Part shown: piece after piece, positions 1 to 50,965 of the stretch
Layout: every line of letters starts with the position of its first letter
How positions within the stretch are numbered: position 1 is the first letter of the stretch
Assembly (NCBI GenBank): GCA_951406725.2
Contig: OX597824.1
Coordinates: 59,458,001 to 59,522,000 of the forward strand
Reading direction: 5' to 3'
Length of the DNA stretch: 64,000 bases
Origin: Octopus vulgaris
Taxonomy: Eukaryota
Notes under the pieces: model-generated
Told to the model about the DNA's origin: nothing
Seen by the model: only the letters and a program-made list of their open reading frames with translations
Databases searched by the model: none
Made by a program: the position numbers and the translations under genes

Positions 1-682
1 GCCGGAGATGCGCCCAGGACGACGAAACGGTTCTGCGCGCACTCGTCCAGTGCCCGAGTATTGCTGAACTATGGGTTTATGTCAAACAGCTACTGTCGCG
101 TATAGGACGGATCCGGCTATCAGCTGAATCCATAGTGAGGATTGCCTCGCTGGCCTCCTTTAACTGGGAGGGCAAGGCAGTTTTCCTTTGCCTAGTGGCT
201 GTAGCGAAAGAGGTGATATGGTGGACCCGTTTGAAAGGGCTAAGGTCAGACACTTTCTTCTTTGGCTAAGCCCTCATCAACTTTTTCAAGTTTCACTTGA
301 AAAGGAAGAAGAGTAGAGAGGGAAGTGCTGTCTGGTAGCAAGCTTATTGAAAGGTGGGTGAATGTTGCAAGAATGGCCAGTATGAACGGACCAATTCTGA
401 GGATACACCTGTGAAAAATTAAAAGGAATTATAAAAGGAGAAAGGGGCTCTCTACCCCTCTTTTGACGAGGCTCCAGTGGCTTTTATGAGTTTTTCCACG
501 AGTAACCTTTCGAAGCGCCTCCCCCTATTGGGAGTTTTAATTGTTACTTATATTTCGTTGTTATCCTGCTTTTGTACATGAACTTTTTTCAAACGGACAA
601 AACCTTTTGTAACTTTCGTCGTGTTTTATCCTTTTATGTTTTAATTGATTTTTGTTAGCCCTTGTGGCCAATAAACGAATTA
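1..682 (+). mobile_element. Tx1/L1-like LINE 3' end (degenerate ORF2 C-terminus plus 3' UTR)
   Basis: Translates to ETVLRALVQCPSIAELW...VAVAKEVIWWTRLKG, resembling the Tx1 ORF2 C-terminal region; ends cttgtggccaataaa followed by an ATT/ATC array; similar tail near 20530. Confidence 0.65.
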
Positions 683-793
<111 letters not shown>

Positions 794-899
794 GACTAAA
801 TGAATAACTCGAGCATAAATTCATGGAGGAATTTTTATTATTTTTGCTACGAAGTAACTGAATAATGACATGGTTTTCTCCACTTATTAAATTGAAACG

Positions 900-2575
900 G
901 ATGGCCTAATCAAAGTCTTTCGCCCACTTTTAATGTGTTTTCTGCTACTGCTTGCAAATTTGTTTCCGATTCCTTTCGTCAGAAGACGATGGATTGGTAC
1001 TGTTGTTTCTAGTTATGGTAGGGAGACTATTTACATAGTTATCGTTTTTTTTAGATCGGGCCTGAGTTGATTTCTTCCACTTTCATAGATGGGACAGAGT
1101 GTTTTGTCAACGTTTCCGTCTGAAACCTGAAACGAGGAACAAATTTCGGCCATTTCGGATCTGCAACCGGTCAACCAGAACATCAACCTGAAAAACCCTG
1201 ATCAGTCTTCAAGTGGCTTTTGCTGTCACAAGTATAACAACTGGGTTTTCTATCCTACACCATCAGTCACATTGCCTTAATTTCAGAGCCTACAACAAGG
1301 TATAGAATCTAGATTAGCATTGTGGGCCTTAGGGCTGGCAAGTCAATGTTGATCACCTCCCGACCACGTATGATTTCTCTTTATCTATACGTTTAGTACA
1401 TATCCATGACTTCAAACAGGTGTCAAACGAAGGGCCACAATCATTTGCTATACCTCTAATGGTGACACTTTTATCATGTTGAGCAACCAAAAAGTTCCGG
1501 GACTTGTTCAGTAGCGTGCCAGCAGATGACAGCACACCGTTGCGTGCACAATGAGAGCTAGCAGTGACATAAATAAGTCAGTGTGCCGAGTGACATTACT
1601 ATGTTTACTTCGTAAATGCTGAGATTTGAGATTTTGTTATCGCGTATATGTTGTAGTCTATGATTCTGTCATGGACAGGAAGAAAAACCCAACGTAAAAT
1701 TTTGCGTTAAACCTGGAAAGTCTGCTGCAGAGACATTGAGCATATTTTGGCAAACTTACGGGAAAGAGGCAATGGGTCGCACGCAATGTTTTGAGTGGTA
1801 CTGGAACTTCGAAAGGAGAAGAACGACCCTGGAAGATTATGAGCTATCTGAAAGATCTGCTACAAGCGCCACCCCCGGAAAAGTGGTATTGTACATCGAG
1901 AATTCGTCCCACAGTTCGACACCGACAATCGAGAGTTCTACTGCGAAGTTTTGAAGCTTTTGAGGGAGGGCATTCGGCAAAATCGACCGGATCTATGGAA
2001 AGCGAAGAATTGAATTCTTTATGACGACAATCCACCCTGTCATCGAGCTCTCCTCACTCGTGAGTTTCTCGCCAAAAGCAACATGGTATCGCTTCTGCAC
2101 CCGCCTCATTCACCAGATTTGGCACCTACAGACTTCCATCGCTTTCTCAAGACGAAAATACAGCTCAGAGGTCGCCGTTTTAACACCATTGTCGAAATCC
2201 AGAGCAAATCGCAGAAGGTCTCAGACTCGCTTACGGAAAACGACTGGATTCCAAAAAATGGCAGGAACGCTGAGATCGGTGCATTGCTGCGCAAGGTGAC
2301 TATTTCGATGTTAAAACTTAGGTAGATAAGTTGTTTTTTTTTATTCAATATAACTAGTCCTGGAACTTTTTGATATGCACAAGCATATGAGTGAGTATTT
2401 TCCGCACAATCTCTGTGAATGTCAGGTTATTGGCTCCGTAGGCTTTTCCTTCTTCTGCGCAAGAGACACTTACCCTGACAATGGCCAAGTCTCCCTTAAT
2501 CATTTTGGGTATCTTTTTAGTCATGAATGTATATAAACACACTCTCTGCTTTCCCACCTTTAACCAGAGAAACAT
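900..2575 (-). mobile_element. Degenerate LINE ORF1 (zinc-knuckle) relic, apparently split by a mariner
   Basis: Minus-strand DRKPSCYTCDSKSHLKTD near 1205-1255; minus-strand coding-like sequence continues on both sides of the mariner at 1485-2376. Confidence 0.4.
1485..2376 (+). mobile_element. Mariner-type DNA transposon, internally deleted and decayed
   Basis: TIRs aaaaagttccgggact / agtcctggaactttttga; transposase fragments VKFCVKPGKSAAET, YGKEAMGRTQCFEW, HPPHSPDLAPTDF. Confidence 0.85.
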
Positions 2576-4233
2576 CGATGTTATGATGGGTTCAGAGAAA
2601 GCCCCTCTCTTTGTGAGACATTGCAGTGAGCAATGTCCATGTTCAAGAATTCAAAACAACACAAGAATTATTTCATGCGTGAACTTGCGACGATACTCAG
2701 AAGAAAGAACGCTAACAATAGTGGTGTTTGACTGATGGAAACCTGGGACGAGACACCGAATCACCAATTATAGACACAAAAGAACAAGCCATTAGACCAA
2801 ACTTGATAGAAAGAGTTATAAATCGTATGAGAGAGTAAATACAGAATATGTGGAAAAGGGGACGAAAGTATTAACCATTTCGAAACTAAGTACAGTAAAC
2901 TAGTATAAAGAGATGTTCAATGCAGGCATGATTATATCTATGAAAGAGTGCAGTAAGATGTTAGCTAAGTGTGTGAATTTAAAGTGATGGAAAAATGGTA
3001 TAAATATGCTTCAGTTCCAGTATGGTGAATGATAACTTCAGTATTTATGGGATTTCTCCATAAATACAGACAATACTACAGCAGTAACAAGACGAGGTAC
3101 GACTATACAAAGCAAAAGACACAAATGGTGTAAGAAAGATTATTGAAATTTGAGGAAACTTGTCTCCCCAAATCTCTGCTTAATAAATTAGCTTATAATA
3201 GCTTTGTTATATTTTTTCTAACTGTCGCACGAGAAATTTTTATAGAAGTGGGACAAGTAGATTACACCAACCCCGGTAATTGACAGGTACTTTATTTTAT
3301 TGACTCCGAGAACATGAAATGCAATACTGACCTCGGAACAATTTGAACTCAGAACGTAAAGAGACTGAAAAAATACCACAATGCATGTTTTTTCCCTGGC
3401 AAACTAATGATTCTGCCTGCTCGCTGTCCTAAGACAGTTATGTAAGCAGGAGGTTAGTCTATTACATCGATCCCAGTATTTGACTGGTACTTTGTTTTAT
3501 CGATGTCGAAAGAATGAAAGACAAAGTTAACTTTGACGATATGTAAAATCAGAATGTAACGTATCGCAACGGAATAAAGCAAAGCGTTTTGTCCGACGGT
3601 CAAGATATTCTACAAGGAAGACAACATTACACGCAGTCAAAACATGTTTACTGTTTGATACAAACCGCACTCCAAATAACACTTTCAATATCATATCTTA
3701 AATACACAAAACATGATATGAAATTATCCCTCCATACACTCACAGCTCGCATTCAACACAACTGCTAACCAATAAGAGTACACATCCCAATCAGCACATA
3801 CTCTACAATTCTCATTCCAACACCTTCTCTTCTTTTTTAGTTCTTCATCTCACAATGCAAAATCCCCTGCACAAACTCTTTAATTAATCTTCCTTGAAAC
3901 GTACTCTTTGTACAAGCATTAATCTCCAAGCGTCCAACTGAACGGAGGCTACTTCAAATTTTACATTACGAGAAGGCGGTTAACAAAGAGAATTAATATT
4001 TTTTAAAAAGAGAAATAAATTAAATTTTCTGGTATGGATCCGGTCTATTATTCTGCACACATCCAGGAATAGAATGCTTTGAGATGATTGGAGACGAAAT
4101 TGAGGAAAACGCAGTAGTTTCATATTTGAAGATGGGGTTAAAAATCTGAGAAAATTATAAGACTACTTATCTCAGACATTTTGACATAAAATAAAAGGAA
4201 CTTTAAGTTTAAGAAATAGCATTTTCTTTTCAG

Positions 4234-41327
<37,094 letters not shown>

Positions 41328-41699
41328 TAAAACAATATTTTATTTTACATGTCTATTTTTCATTTGCTATTTCCCTCTCGCTTGCACTTTGTTCTCCCTT
41401 TCTTCATATGTGTGTGTGTCCACGCTCACGTGCGTGTGTGTATGTGTGTGTTAACATATCAATATATATACACACATATATGTATTCATATAAGATAAAA
41501 TGCAGTATTTGTGTTTGTATGTGTGTGTGTTTGTATGTGGTTCGTAAGCAAGCTACTTTATTTCAAAAATGTTGCCATAAAGGCATGATAGAGAGTAGCT
41601 TGCGGGCTGAACAGAAACATTGATGAGATGAATGATGAAATAAAGTGATATTAATGGGAGAAGACTAAAAACAGCCGCCGATATTTTGTTTGCCTAAAA

Positions 41700-43230
41700 C
41701 ATTATTATTTTTAACACAAAAAACAAACCGAGGTATTGAACCTCTTACTTCCGTTTTTACAATTTTTGGACTTAATAGTCCATTCACAAATTAAGGCGCT
41801 GAGCCTCTTACACACTTAAACATTATAACACTGAGACTTTTCAACCTCTTGTCAATTTTCCTCCCCAACATCGCTTGTGCCCGTATACTCCGCCACCGCC
41901 CACGCCTCATTTAAAACCAAGGCGGGATCCGAGTCGGCGTCGCCCGGCCACAAGCGATATTCCTCTTCAAGTCCCCCCAGACTACGTATCACGGGCAACG
42001 TATGGCATCCACAGCTATCTGAGGAGGCCATTCGGGTTCCCGTGTGAAAGTTAAAGGTATTCCTTTATAGTGTTTCCACCACCTTTTCTACCACTCCACC
42101 TCTGTAGAAGAAGACCAATAATTTGTCTTCCTCCGGGGTCGAGGTAATCAATTCTACCGTTGCCAGCATAATTCCCGCCAACGGTGTCTATTCCCCTGCT
42201 GGTGGCACAACCCCTACCGACGAGGTTCCGGGACATTCCGGTGCTATGTCACCGACTGCCGGCAATGTCCCGTTTTTCTTCCTCTTCCTCATTTTTACTT
42301 CTCAGCTGGAGGAGGTTGCGTCTCCTCCGTGACCGAGAGATTCGCTTCCCCTCCTTCATCCCTAGGATCCTTTGGTGAGCACCCATTATTGCTCACCTTT
42401 TTCCTCTTGCGGCCCTTCTTTGAGGAGTCCTCCGCCTCCTCGGCCGCCTTTGTTCCTTCTTCAACAGAAGTCTCCATCAACTGCTCCAAGACTTTGCTTT
42501 GTTCCTGAGGACAGTTTTTCTTTATATGGCCAGGCTCCATGCACCGATGATACCTGAGAGGAGACCCTTAAGTATCACCGGGTACCTGCACCCGGCCATC
42601 CTAAAAAAATCTGGAAAAACCAGGTTATCGGCAGATTGGGTCCACAGGGTCAAACCTGCTTTCGACCCCACCCAATCAGCCGCAGGCAGAATTTTGGCAT
42701 TTAAGAGCTTGGCTCAGCTGCCACCCAGAACCCGACCGATAGTGTCTTCTATCCATTCGAGCTCTATTCCGGGTGGAAGCTCACACACCCAAGTTCTTGT
42801 CAATTTCTTCCCACCATTTGTGGGGAGAAACAGAATTTTCTCCCCTTCCAAGGGTTGGCTCGCAAAATCTCGAGCTTCCCCACCGTTGCATATTTGACAT
42901 CCTTTGCAATAAACTTAATAGTTGACAGATATTCTGCCAACTCCTTTTCAATGTCCGCCTGAGAGAACACAGTGATGGTGTCGAGGGACTTAGAACATGT
43001 CCTCGACACCACCATCCTCTCATTAAAGATTTTCCCCACTGCTTGGGGGTCACATTTTGTCACTCCAATACAGTGTTGCCATGCTTGCAAAAGAAAAAAT
43101 ATTTTAAAATGTTCAACACAAAATCCAAAATGTTCCAAATAAGAAGTCTAATAAAAACACAAGAAAGAACAGAAAGACAGAGCAGAGAAAAAGAACGAAA
43201 GAAGACTGTTCAATTCACGGCAACACAATT
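41700..43230 (-). mobile_element. LINE 5' part / ORF1 (Tx1-like) with zinc knuckle, decayed
   Basis: Minus-strand RCMEPGHIKKNCP knuckle followed by a K/R-rich tract; GC-richer block. Confidence 0.6.
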
Positions 43231-43583
43231 CCGCCACTCATTTAATTCGGCCGAGGTCGAATTTGCCTTTCGTCTTAGTAAAAAGGCAATTCAGCCAATG
43301 CGGGAAATCTATTGCTGAAGGGAGAAAATTTGCTATAGTTTTAGATTTATTAATCCTTGATTGTCTGAATTATTTTATGCTCTTCATCATTGGAATCAAA
43401 CAGCAAAATTATTGTATGTGATTTCTTACAGAAATTTATACAAGAAAGAAACATATACGAAGCTGTTATTACCTGAGATATGTACATCATGCTTCTCATT
43501 GTTCACTAATTTGTCTACATCCAATGATTTTATATTTTTACATATAATGTATAAAAGGAGACATCGTGATAAATAGTGCTTCC

Positions 43584-43771
43584 TTAACCTTTTAGCTTTC
43601 AGATTATTTTGTCAACTGTAATGATTCACATTAATCATGCATTATCTTATAGCTTCGACATTTCGATATATGATTGTACAATTTTAGAATAAGCCAGATC
43701 TGACCGGTTTGAACATAAAACAGGTAGAATATTTGGGCCTGGTATGGCCGATTTAAATTCTAAAGGGCTGA
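43584..43771. mobile_element. Possible piggyBac-like MITE
   Basis: Left ttaacctttt agc, right ctaaaggg (degenerate TTAA end). Confidence 0.35.
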
Positions 43772-44043
43772 AGGCGTTAGAGTGTCGAAACCACATCATA
43801 ACCCAAACTTTCCCAAGTGCAGAAATTACTCTTCAACTCTATAATATTTTCACTATTCACATAAATTACGAGTGTTGTATAATTCGGTTCAAAACCTTGT
43901 ATTTTGTAGACGGAAATAAACAGGTAAATATTAAATATATAGTTTATATGTAGTTAACCGATGAAAAGTAAATGGGGATAAGGAAGTTGACAATTATTTA
44001 TTATGTATGTGTATGTGTATATATATGTATATATGTATGTGTG

Positions 44044-44097
<54 letters not shown>

Positions 44098-44098
<1 letters not shown>

Positions 44099-44514
44099 TT
44101 TACTCTTTTACTCTTTTACTTGTTTCAGTCATTTGACTGCGGCCATGCTGGAGCACCGCCTTTAGTCGAGCAAATCGACTCCGGGACTTATTCTTTGTAA
44201 GCCCAGTACTTATTCTATCGGTCTCTTTTGCCGAACCGCTAAGTTACGGGGACGTAAACACACCAGCATCGGTTGTCAAGCAATGCTAGGGGGACAAACA
44301 CAGACACACAAACACACACACTTATATATATATATATATATATATATATACGACCGGCTTCTTTCAGTTTCTGTCTACCAAATCCACTCACAAGGCATTG
44401 GTCGGCCTGGGGCTATAGCAGAAGACACTTGCCCAAGATGCCACGCAGTGGGACTGAACCCACAACCATGTGGTTGGTTAGCAAGCTACTTACCACACAG
44501 CCACTCCTGCGCCT
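44098..44514 (-). mobile_element. Full-length tRNA-derived SINE with internal TA/CA repeat
   Basis: Minus head ggcgcaggagtggctgtgtggtaagtagcttgc...gggttcagtccca (A/B-box-like). Confidence 0.85.
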
Positions 44515-44524
44515 ATATATATAT

Positions 44525-45352
44525 ATTACAGTATCCCTCCACCCTTATAGAGTATGGAATAAAACGTACCAAAGAACTAGACAACATTACCCTGAAAACC
44601 ACCCAACACTCACAACCCCAATATACTTCCATACATTTCCACCCACAACCCCCAAAATATCGAAGCATACACCACAATCATACAAAACCTCACTCTACTG
44701 TCAACAGACCCAAAAATGAATAACATTATCAATACACACAAAATCCTCAAATGTAAAAGGCAACATAAATCTTTGAAAAACTCTTGACAAATGCCAAGCT
44801 TCACACACCACATCCACCCCCATCAGTTGAAAAATGGGCGCGCCCAAACTGTGGAACCTTCCCCTTCCTACTTGAAGGCTCTAAATTTATCTTCAAACAA
44901 GGAACAAAGTTTAAAATCAAGACCAACTTCTCCTGTTCCTCCGAGAACCATATCTACGTTCTCACATGCGCCGGTTGCCAACAAAATTATGTTGGTCAAA
45001 CGAACTTCCCTTTACGTAAAAGAGTAGCGGTCCATAAAGAACAAATAAATCTCCCAGAATACCGTCAAATTTCACTAAGTAGCCACATAGACTCGTGCGC
45101 TAAAGACAAAAATCCCAAATTTTACATATTCCCCTTCTACCAATGTAAAGACGGAATCACCACACAAGAAAGAATTAACAAGGAGAATCTTTTTATTGAA
45201 AAATTCAAAACGCATCTTAATATGCAAACTCCACGATAATCATATTTCTTTTTTCTACCTCATTCTTCATGGATGGACAAATACAAATATATAAGGATAT
45301 CATGCAGTCATCACTTCAAACTAAAACTTATATTCTTTATTTATTATTATTA

Positions 45353-45420
<68 letters not shown>

Positions 45421-46110
45421 TTTATTATACATGACATAACAATCTGAAATGAAATTATAAATTGGTTTATGTAAATTTATATAATTAGAAAACAATATAA
45501 ATAAAGTGTTAAAATCTGAATGTTAAGTTAGCAAACAATTATATATAAAAAAAAGATAATGCAAATGAAGCTAAAATTATAATTTTATAATTTAAGGTTT
45601 ATTAACATCCTATCTTACAAAAAATTGATAATCCCAATTGAAGAGCATAAAACCCACAGAGTTGTCTCCCCTTACTCACAGGAACTGGATAACTCCTACC
45701 CCATTTCCTGTTTTGACATTCATTTAACAAACATCCTAAATTAAACACCATATGGATTTAATCATAGGGATCTTAATCCTCCAAGGTAATTTTTCCGAGA
45801 ACTATCATTGAACTCGAGATACACAAGGACTTTTCAATGTATCGGTGTACCTATTTTTTAATTTTTGCATATGTTTATTATTTTTTTGCAAAAAACAATG
45901 TAATTTTCTTTTTTCCCCCTCCTCAATTATAAAAAAAAATTTCTTTTCACCTTTACAATTCTTGAAAAGTCGCATTGCAACGAAAACCGGTTTGAATTAT
46001 TATATATATATATATATTTTTTTATTTTTAAAAATTTTCCATACACCCATATTCATTAAAATTTACCTTCAATTTAGCATTCTGCCTTTTTTATAATTTT
46101 TCGTTGCCTA
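44525..46110 (+). mobile_element. Penelope-like element (Neptune-like) 3' part: GIY-YIG endonuclease plus AT-rich tail with hammerhead variant
   Basis: YPSTLIEYGIKR; RPNCGT...FSCSSENHIYVLTCAGCQQNYVGQT...LRKRVAVH...KENLFIEKFKTHLN; TA arrays at both ends. Confidence 0.85.
45957..45998 (+). ncRNA. Hammerhead-like motif, U3:A8 core variant
   Basis: AAUUC-UUGAAAA-GUcGC-auu-GCaAC-GAAAA-CCGG-UU-U-GAAUU; palindromic stem III. Confidence 0.5.
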
Positions 46111-46128
46111 TATATATGTATATGTGTG

Positions 46129-46204
<76 letters not shown>

Positions 46205-46309
46205 TGTGTGTATATAATTGATAGTGAGTTCATTTATTCATGTATCTTTGAAATCCTATGGAATAACTACAACCCTCACATCTCACATTATCGTTGCCCC
46301 CCTATGATC

Positions 46310-47755
46310 TAACATTAGTTACTACTTTTACATACCAATTTAATAACCTTTAAGGACATCTTCGATGTGATGTAAGAGTTGTGTTGAGCAATCCTTGCCG
46401 CAGTGAAAGTCATGCTTGTTGAGATTTAGAAAGTTGTGGCTCGCCAAGGAAACCAGCTATCCTTGATCTCACCACCCTTTCAAACACTTTGATTATATGA
46501 GAAATGAATGGGAATGGACGGTAGTTGACTGCAAGAGACTTGTTTCCCTTTTCGAAGACCGGAATGATAGAATGGAATAAGAAATGTTCCGGTATGTAAC
46601 CTAAGACTACAGAATTTCTCCAGAAGTTGGTTAGAGTCGTTGTAAGTTTGTGTCAGCATTCCTTCAAGACATCAGCGGGGAAGCTATCAGAGCCTGCTGC
46701 AGAATAGTACTTGATTTTATTTATTAGTCCTATGATGTCTGAGGCGGTAAAAGTTAAGTCAGAGATAATATGTTAAGGATTGCGTTTGTTCAGATCCCTT
46801 GCCTCAATATCATTGGGATCACTAAAGACAAAGAAGTGTTGTTTCTGCAATATTTCTACCATTTCTTTTGCATTATGGTGGGAAATGTTATCATCTATTT
46901 ATTGACCAACGGGTAAGACAGTGGTCCTATGCTTGGCATATGAATAGAACACTTTCGGATTCTGTTTTATTTTTATTTTTTTTTAATACCACGTTTTTTC
47001 TTTGCAGCTCTTTGGCTGTCGATGTAGGCTTTCATGCTGTTCTTCAGATGAATCTTTTTCGACTCAAGTCTTCTTATTGCTGATGAATGTGGATGCTGTT
47101 GGTTGTAGCATTTTAAATGGCTGAATTTTTTTCTTTTGTCTTTTGATTCTCTTGATGAGTATTCTTTTCTCTCACTTGGAAGCCTATTTCTAATTGTGCT
47201 TGTGAGTTTTGTAAGAATGTGTTTTAAGCATGTCAAGTGGCAATATTCTCAAACTGTTGTTTCAGTGTCAGAGGAACTATGAGTGAAAGACCAGTCAGTA
47301 AGTGACAGATATTTTCTAATTGCTCCCCAGACTGCTTTTTGAAGATTGATGCTGTCGAACAGATTCTCTGGGGCGAGGGTGACTGGTTTGGCTTTCACAT
47401 GCCAGAAAATAAGGTTGCAAAATACCATAATACCATGTCGTGGTCAGAGAGGAGAGTTTTTTTCAACTGAAATGCTGTAGATGGAGATAACATAGTTTAT
47501 TAGTATCAGGTCCAGGATCGTTCTGCCTTGTCTTGGTTCAAGCACAAGTTGGGTTAGAAAAATTCATCCATTAAATTAAATAGTAATGTTACTGTTGCTT
47601 TGTCTGGTGTAGTGCAGTTACCTAACTTCAGAGTATTTGTAAGCCAGTTCACATAGGGGAGGTTAAAGTTACCTGTCATCAATATGTTCCCGGAGTTATA
47701 TCTTGGGAGAAAGGAGCTTGGGGAGGCCTGTAGAGACGGACAATGGTTATATTTG
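46310..47755 (-). mobile_element. CR1-like LINE fragment (APE to start of RT), decayed relative of 53030-55552
   Basis: RLYRPP, ILMTGNFNLPYVNW, HPHSSAIRRLESKKIHLKNSMKAYIDSQRA; colinear with 53040-54230. Confidence 0.8.
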
Positions 47756-48660
47756 GCCACGGAGTTATCCTGTATACCCGTAAGAATTGTTGGATCGCGA
47801 CCTCGTCCGTCATTTCCTTAAAAGTGTCCACGAAACGTTCGGCTCTTCCATTCGTTCTAGGGTGAAACCGTGCTATAGTTTCATTTTCTAATGTGAACAT
47901 TTTGCAGAATACTTTAAACTCACAGGATACAAACTGTGTTCCGTTATCAGAGACAATTATAACAGGTACACCAAATCTTGCGAACAGCTTGTGTAAGAAG
48001 TTTATTACCGTTTATGAGGTCAGTTGTTTACATCTCCTGACCTCAGGTCATCTTGTGTAGCTGTCCACTACTATTAAGTAATAATATTTTCAACTTCCTT
48101 GTCCGTGCTTGGCCAGTATACGAAACTTCGCATCAACGCTTTCATTCTAGAGATGCTTAGATGTCCCACATTTAGCATTCTCTTCTGTAATGTTTTTGGT
48201 ATGTCCACCCTCTGAGCGTACATTAGTACATAGTCACATATAGAGTACACGTTCACATCTTGGCGGTTCTTTGCATCAGACCTTTTTTTATTCCTTTTGT
48301 CGACCACAGTTTTCTTTTTGTCTCGTCAATAAATTTTCCATTTCTCGCATTTCTTTTTATTTCTTCCAAAGTTACAAGTAGTTCACGCATGCTATTCCAC
48401 ATCACTTTTTTTGTTTCTGCTTCTGCTCTTAGCGCTTCTATTACGGTGTCCTCCAGCGGTTCGTTATTTTTCGGAATTAGCCTAGATAGATCATCGGCAT
48501 GTCCCAACGTTTTTGAGTGCAGATATTCCATTTTAAAATCGTAGTATAACTGAATGGTACCCCGACCGCTGCAGTCTGTTTGTCGTATGCATCAGGATTC
48601 TTTCTTGGATCCGTATGTCATTATTAGATGTCTATGGTCTGTTTGCAAACAAAAACGTAG
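47756..48660 (-). mobile_element. Ty3/Gypsy LTR retrotransposon remnant (RNase H-integrase region)
   Basis: GHADDLSRL, GHLSISRMKALMRSFVYWP, RFGVPVIIVSDNGTQF, FHPRTNGRAERFVDTFK. Confidence 0.85.
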
Positions 48661-49024
48661 ACTACTGGCTACTGTGAATCCATATCGTTATTCAAGAAAG
48701 TTAATGATATGACTATTATATAATTTTTATATAGTATTTTTGTGTAACATTGTCCGTTTTTTCCATCCTTGTTTTTGTATACATTCGCTACTTTCTTCCA
48801 AGGAATCTAATGCTCTTAGCTTAGTTTTTCCTTGGGGTTGGCCAGATTGGAGCAATCTCAAGAATAATCAGCCGAAGTTGCGAGGACAATCTGGTGCAAG
48901 GCCTGAAGAAAGAAAACTTTGAATGACCCGTCCTTGTTTTCTTTGTATCGTCTATCTGGATGTTTTGTTGTCCCTTTTTGTATCATCTAGCTGTCCGGAT
49001 GTTTTACGTTCTTGTCCCATTGTG

Positions 49025-49071
<47 letters not shown>

Positions 49072-49073
<2 letters not shown>

Positions 49074-50965
49074 TAGAGATAAAACCACTATTAGGCAAAT
49101 CATACAATGAAAAACTTAAGCCAATACATAAGATTAATTAATTCATATTATTTAAATATATATCAAAATTATATTAAAAAAGATAATTAATATAACACTA
49201 CGATCGTTTCACGGCTGTTCAATTCTTAAAATTTTCGAGTTACAGTCATTCTTCAGGTGGTTTACATATCTAAAATAAATCAATATTTTAAAGATATAAT
49301 TAATATATATAATATAATAATTTTACTTATAATAAACTCTATTATCAAATATGATTATATCCAAATCGACTATAATGTTAAATATTAATTTTAATTTATA
49401 AGGTAGGAAACCCATAATCTAATATCAATATTAGTCTATATCTAATTACATAAATATTTAAAATGACTAATATATATAAATTATCAATGAAAATATATAT
49501 ATAAATATTATAATCAAGATCTAAAATAATCTCTATAAATAATTGTATATAATAAAAACCTAATAAATTTATTTTTCATATTTAAAGATGAAATAGCTAA
49601 TTTCAAAATACAAATATTTTTATCTGGGATCTGTGCAGGGCCATTCTTTTACGTAGACTATTTTTTGTTTGGCCTATGTATTGCCCTTGACACCCAGAGC
49701 AGGTTAGTGTGTATATCAGGTTCTCTGACGCACATGTGAAGTTGCTTTTCACTGTGAAACGTTGTCCCTGTTTGAAGGAGAACTCTGATCCCTCAATTAG
49801 ATAATCGCATACCCCACAATTGGGTCTTCCACATTTTTTTACTGAGGGCTTCTGTGTTGTTGAGCGTATTCGGGCTTGTGTTAGGAGACTTTTCATAGAT
49901 TTGGGCTGTCTCTTGCTTTTTATGATGGTGTGTGTTTGGAGGATTAAGTTCATTCTGTGGTCCTCTTTTAGCAGGGGTATGTTTTGGAGGATTGTGTCGA
50001 AGGCCTCGTTGTTGAGAGGGTTGTGCATGGAGATATATGGTAAGGCTTTTGGTTGTAAATTTTTCTTTAATTTGGGATGTTTGTGTCTCTGGATGTTGAG
50101 TTGAAGGGCACGTTGAATGCATATGTCTATAAGTGAAGGTGGGTAGTTCCTGGTGATGAGGGTATCTTTTAGTTCTTGTAGTCGTGTGTCTCTGGTATTT
50201 GCATTAGAAACTATAGTACATATCCTTTTTGCTAGGTTGAAGGGGATATTCATTCTGGTGTGTCTGCGGTGGCATGAATTGAATGGAAGATATTGCTTGG
50301 AATCCGTAGGCTTATAGTATATATCTGTTTCTATTACGTTATTAGATTTCTTAATGAGGATGTCGAGGAAGGGGAGTTGTTGCTGGCTATATTCCACCGA
50401 GAATTGGATGTTTACGTCAAATCCATTTAAAAATGCTTGGAATTCTTTAAGTTTCTCTATATTTTCATGCCAAAGAATGAAACAGTCATCTTCCAGTTGT
50501 TTTCTATGTAGAGGGAGAAAGGGTTGCCGTATCTTTCTAGAACCTTAAGATATAGACTGATTTCTAGATATCCCATGACTAGGTTAGCAAAGGAGGGAGC
50601 CATTCGCGTACCCATCGCAGTCCCCGATTTTTGTCGGAAGAAGTTGTCTTTGAAGACGAAGTAGTTATTTTCCAGGTTGAATTTTAGCCCTTCTGTCACA
50701 ACCATGGGAGTTCGTTGGCGTAATTCTCTAGCCAGAATTGAATTGCATCTATTCCTAGGTTGTGGGGGATATTGGAATAGAGGTTGACTACTTCGAAGGA
50801 TACTAGTAGGGTGTTTTTGTTTATTATTTTAGGAAGGTGATTGAGCATATCCAGGTCGTCCCTTATATAGCTTTTGACATGTTTGAAGAATGGTTTTAAG
50901 AAGGTATCTAAAAAGTTACTTAGGCGGTGGGTTTCGTATGTGGGACCTGCTATTATAGGTCTCAA
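49072..50965 (-). mobile_element. Penelope-like element (Neptune-like), 5'-truncated: RT, Cys-rich linker, GIY-YIG and tail with hammerhead
   Basis: LRPIIAGP, LVSFEVVNLYSNIP, FRQKSGTAMGTRMAPSFANL, LPFLDILI, TDIYYKPTD, CGRPNCGVC, NLIYTLTCSGCQGQYIGQT; flanked by TA repeats. Confidence 0.92.
49196..49259 (-). ncRNA. Minimal type I hammerhead ribozyme motif in the PLE tail
   Basis: Minus strand CAC-CUGAAGA-AUGaCUGU(23 nt)ACAGcCGU-GAAAC-GAUC-GU-A-GUG; perfect palindrome ACGAUCGU; stem I extends past a bulge (AUGUAA/UUAUAU); same strand as the PLE ORF. Confidence 0.8.

Noticed and set aside
48896-48936. CTGAAGA...GAATGACCCGTC hammerhead-like string
   Set aside because: A15.1 is missing and stem I is out of register
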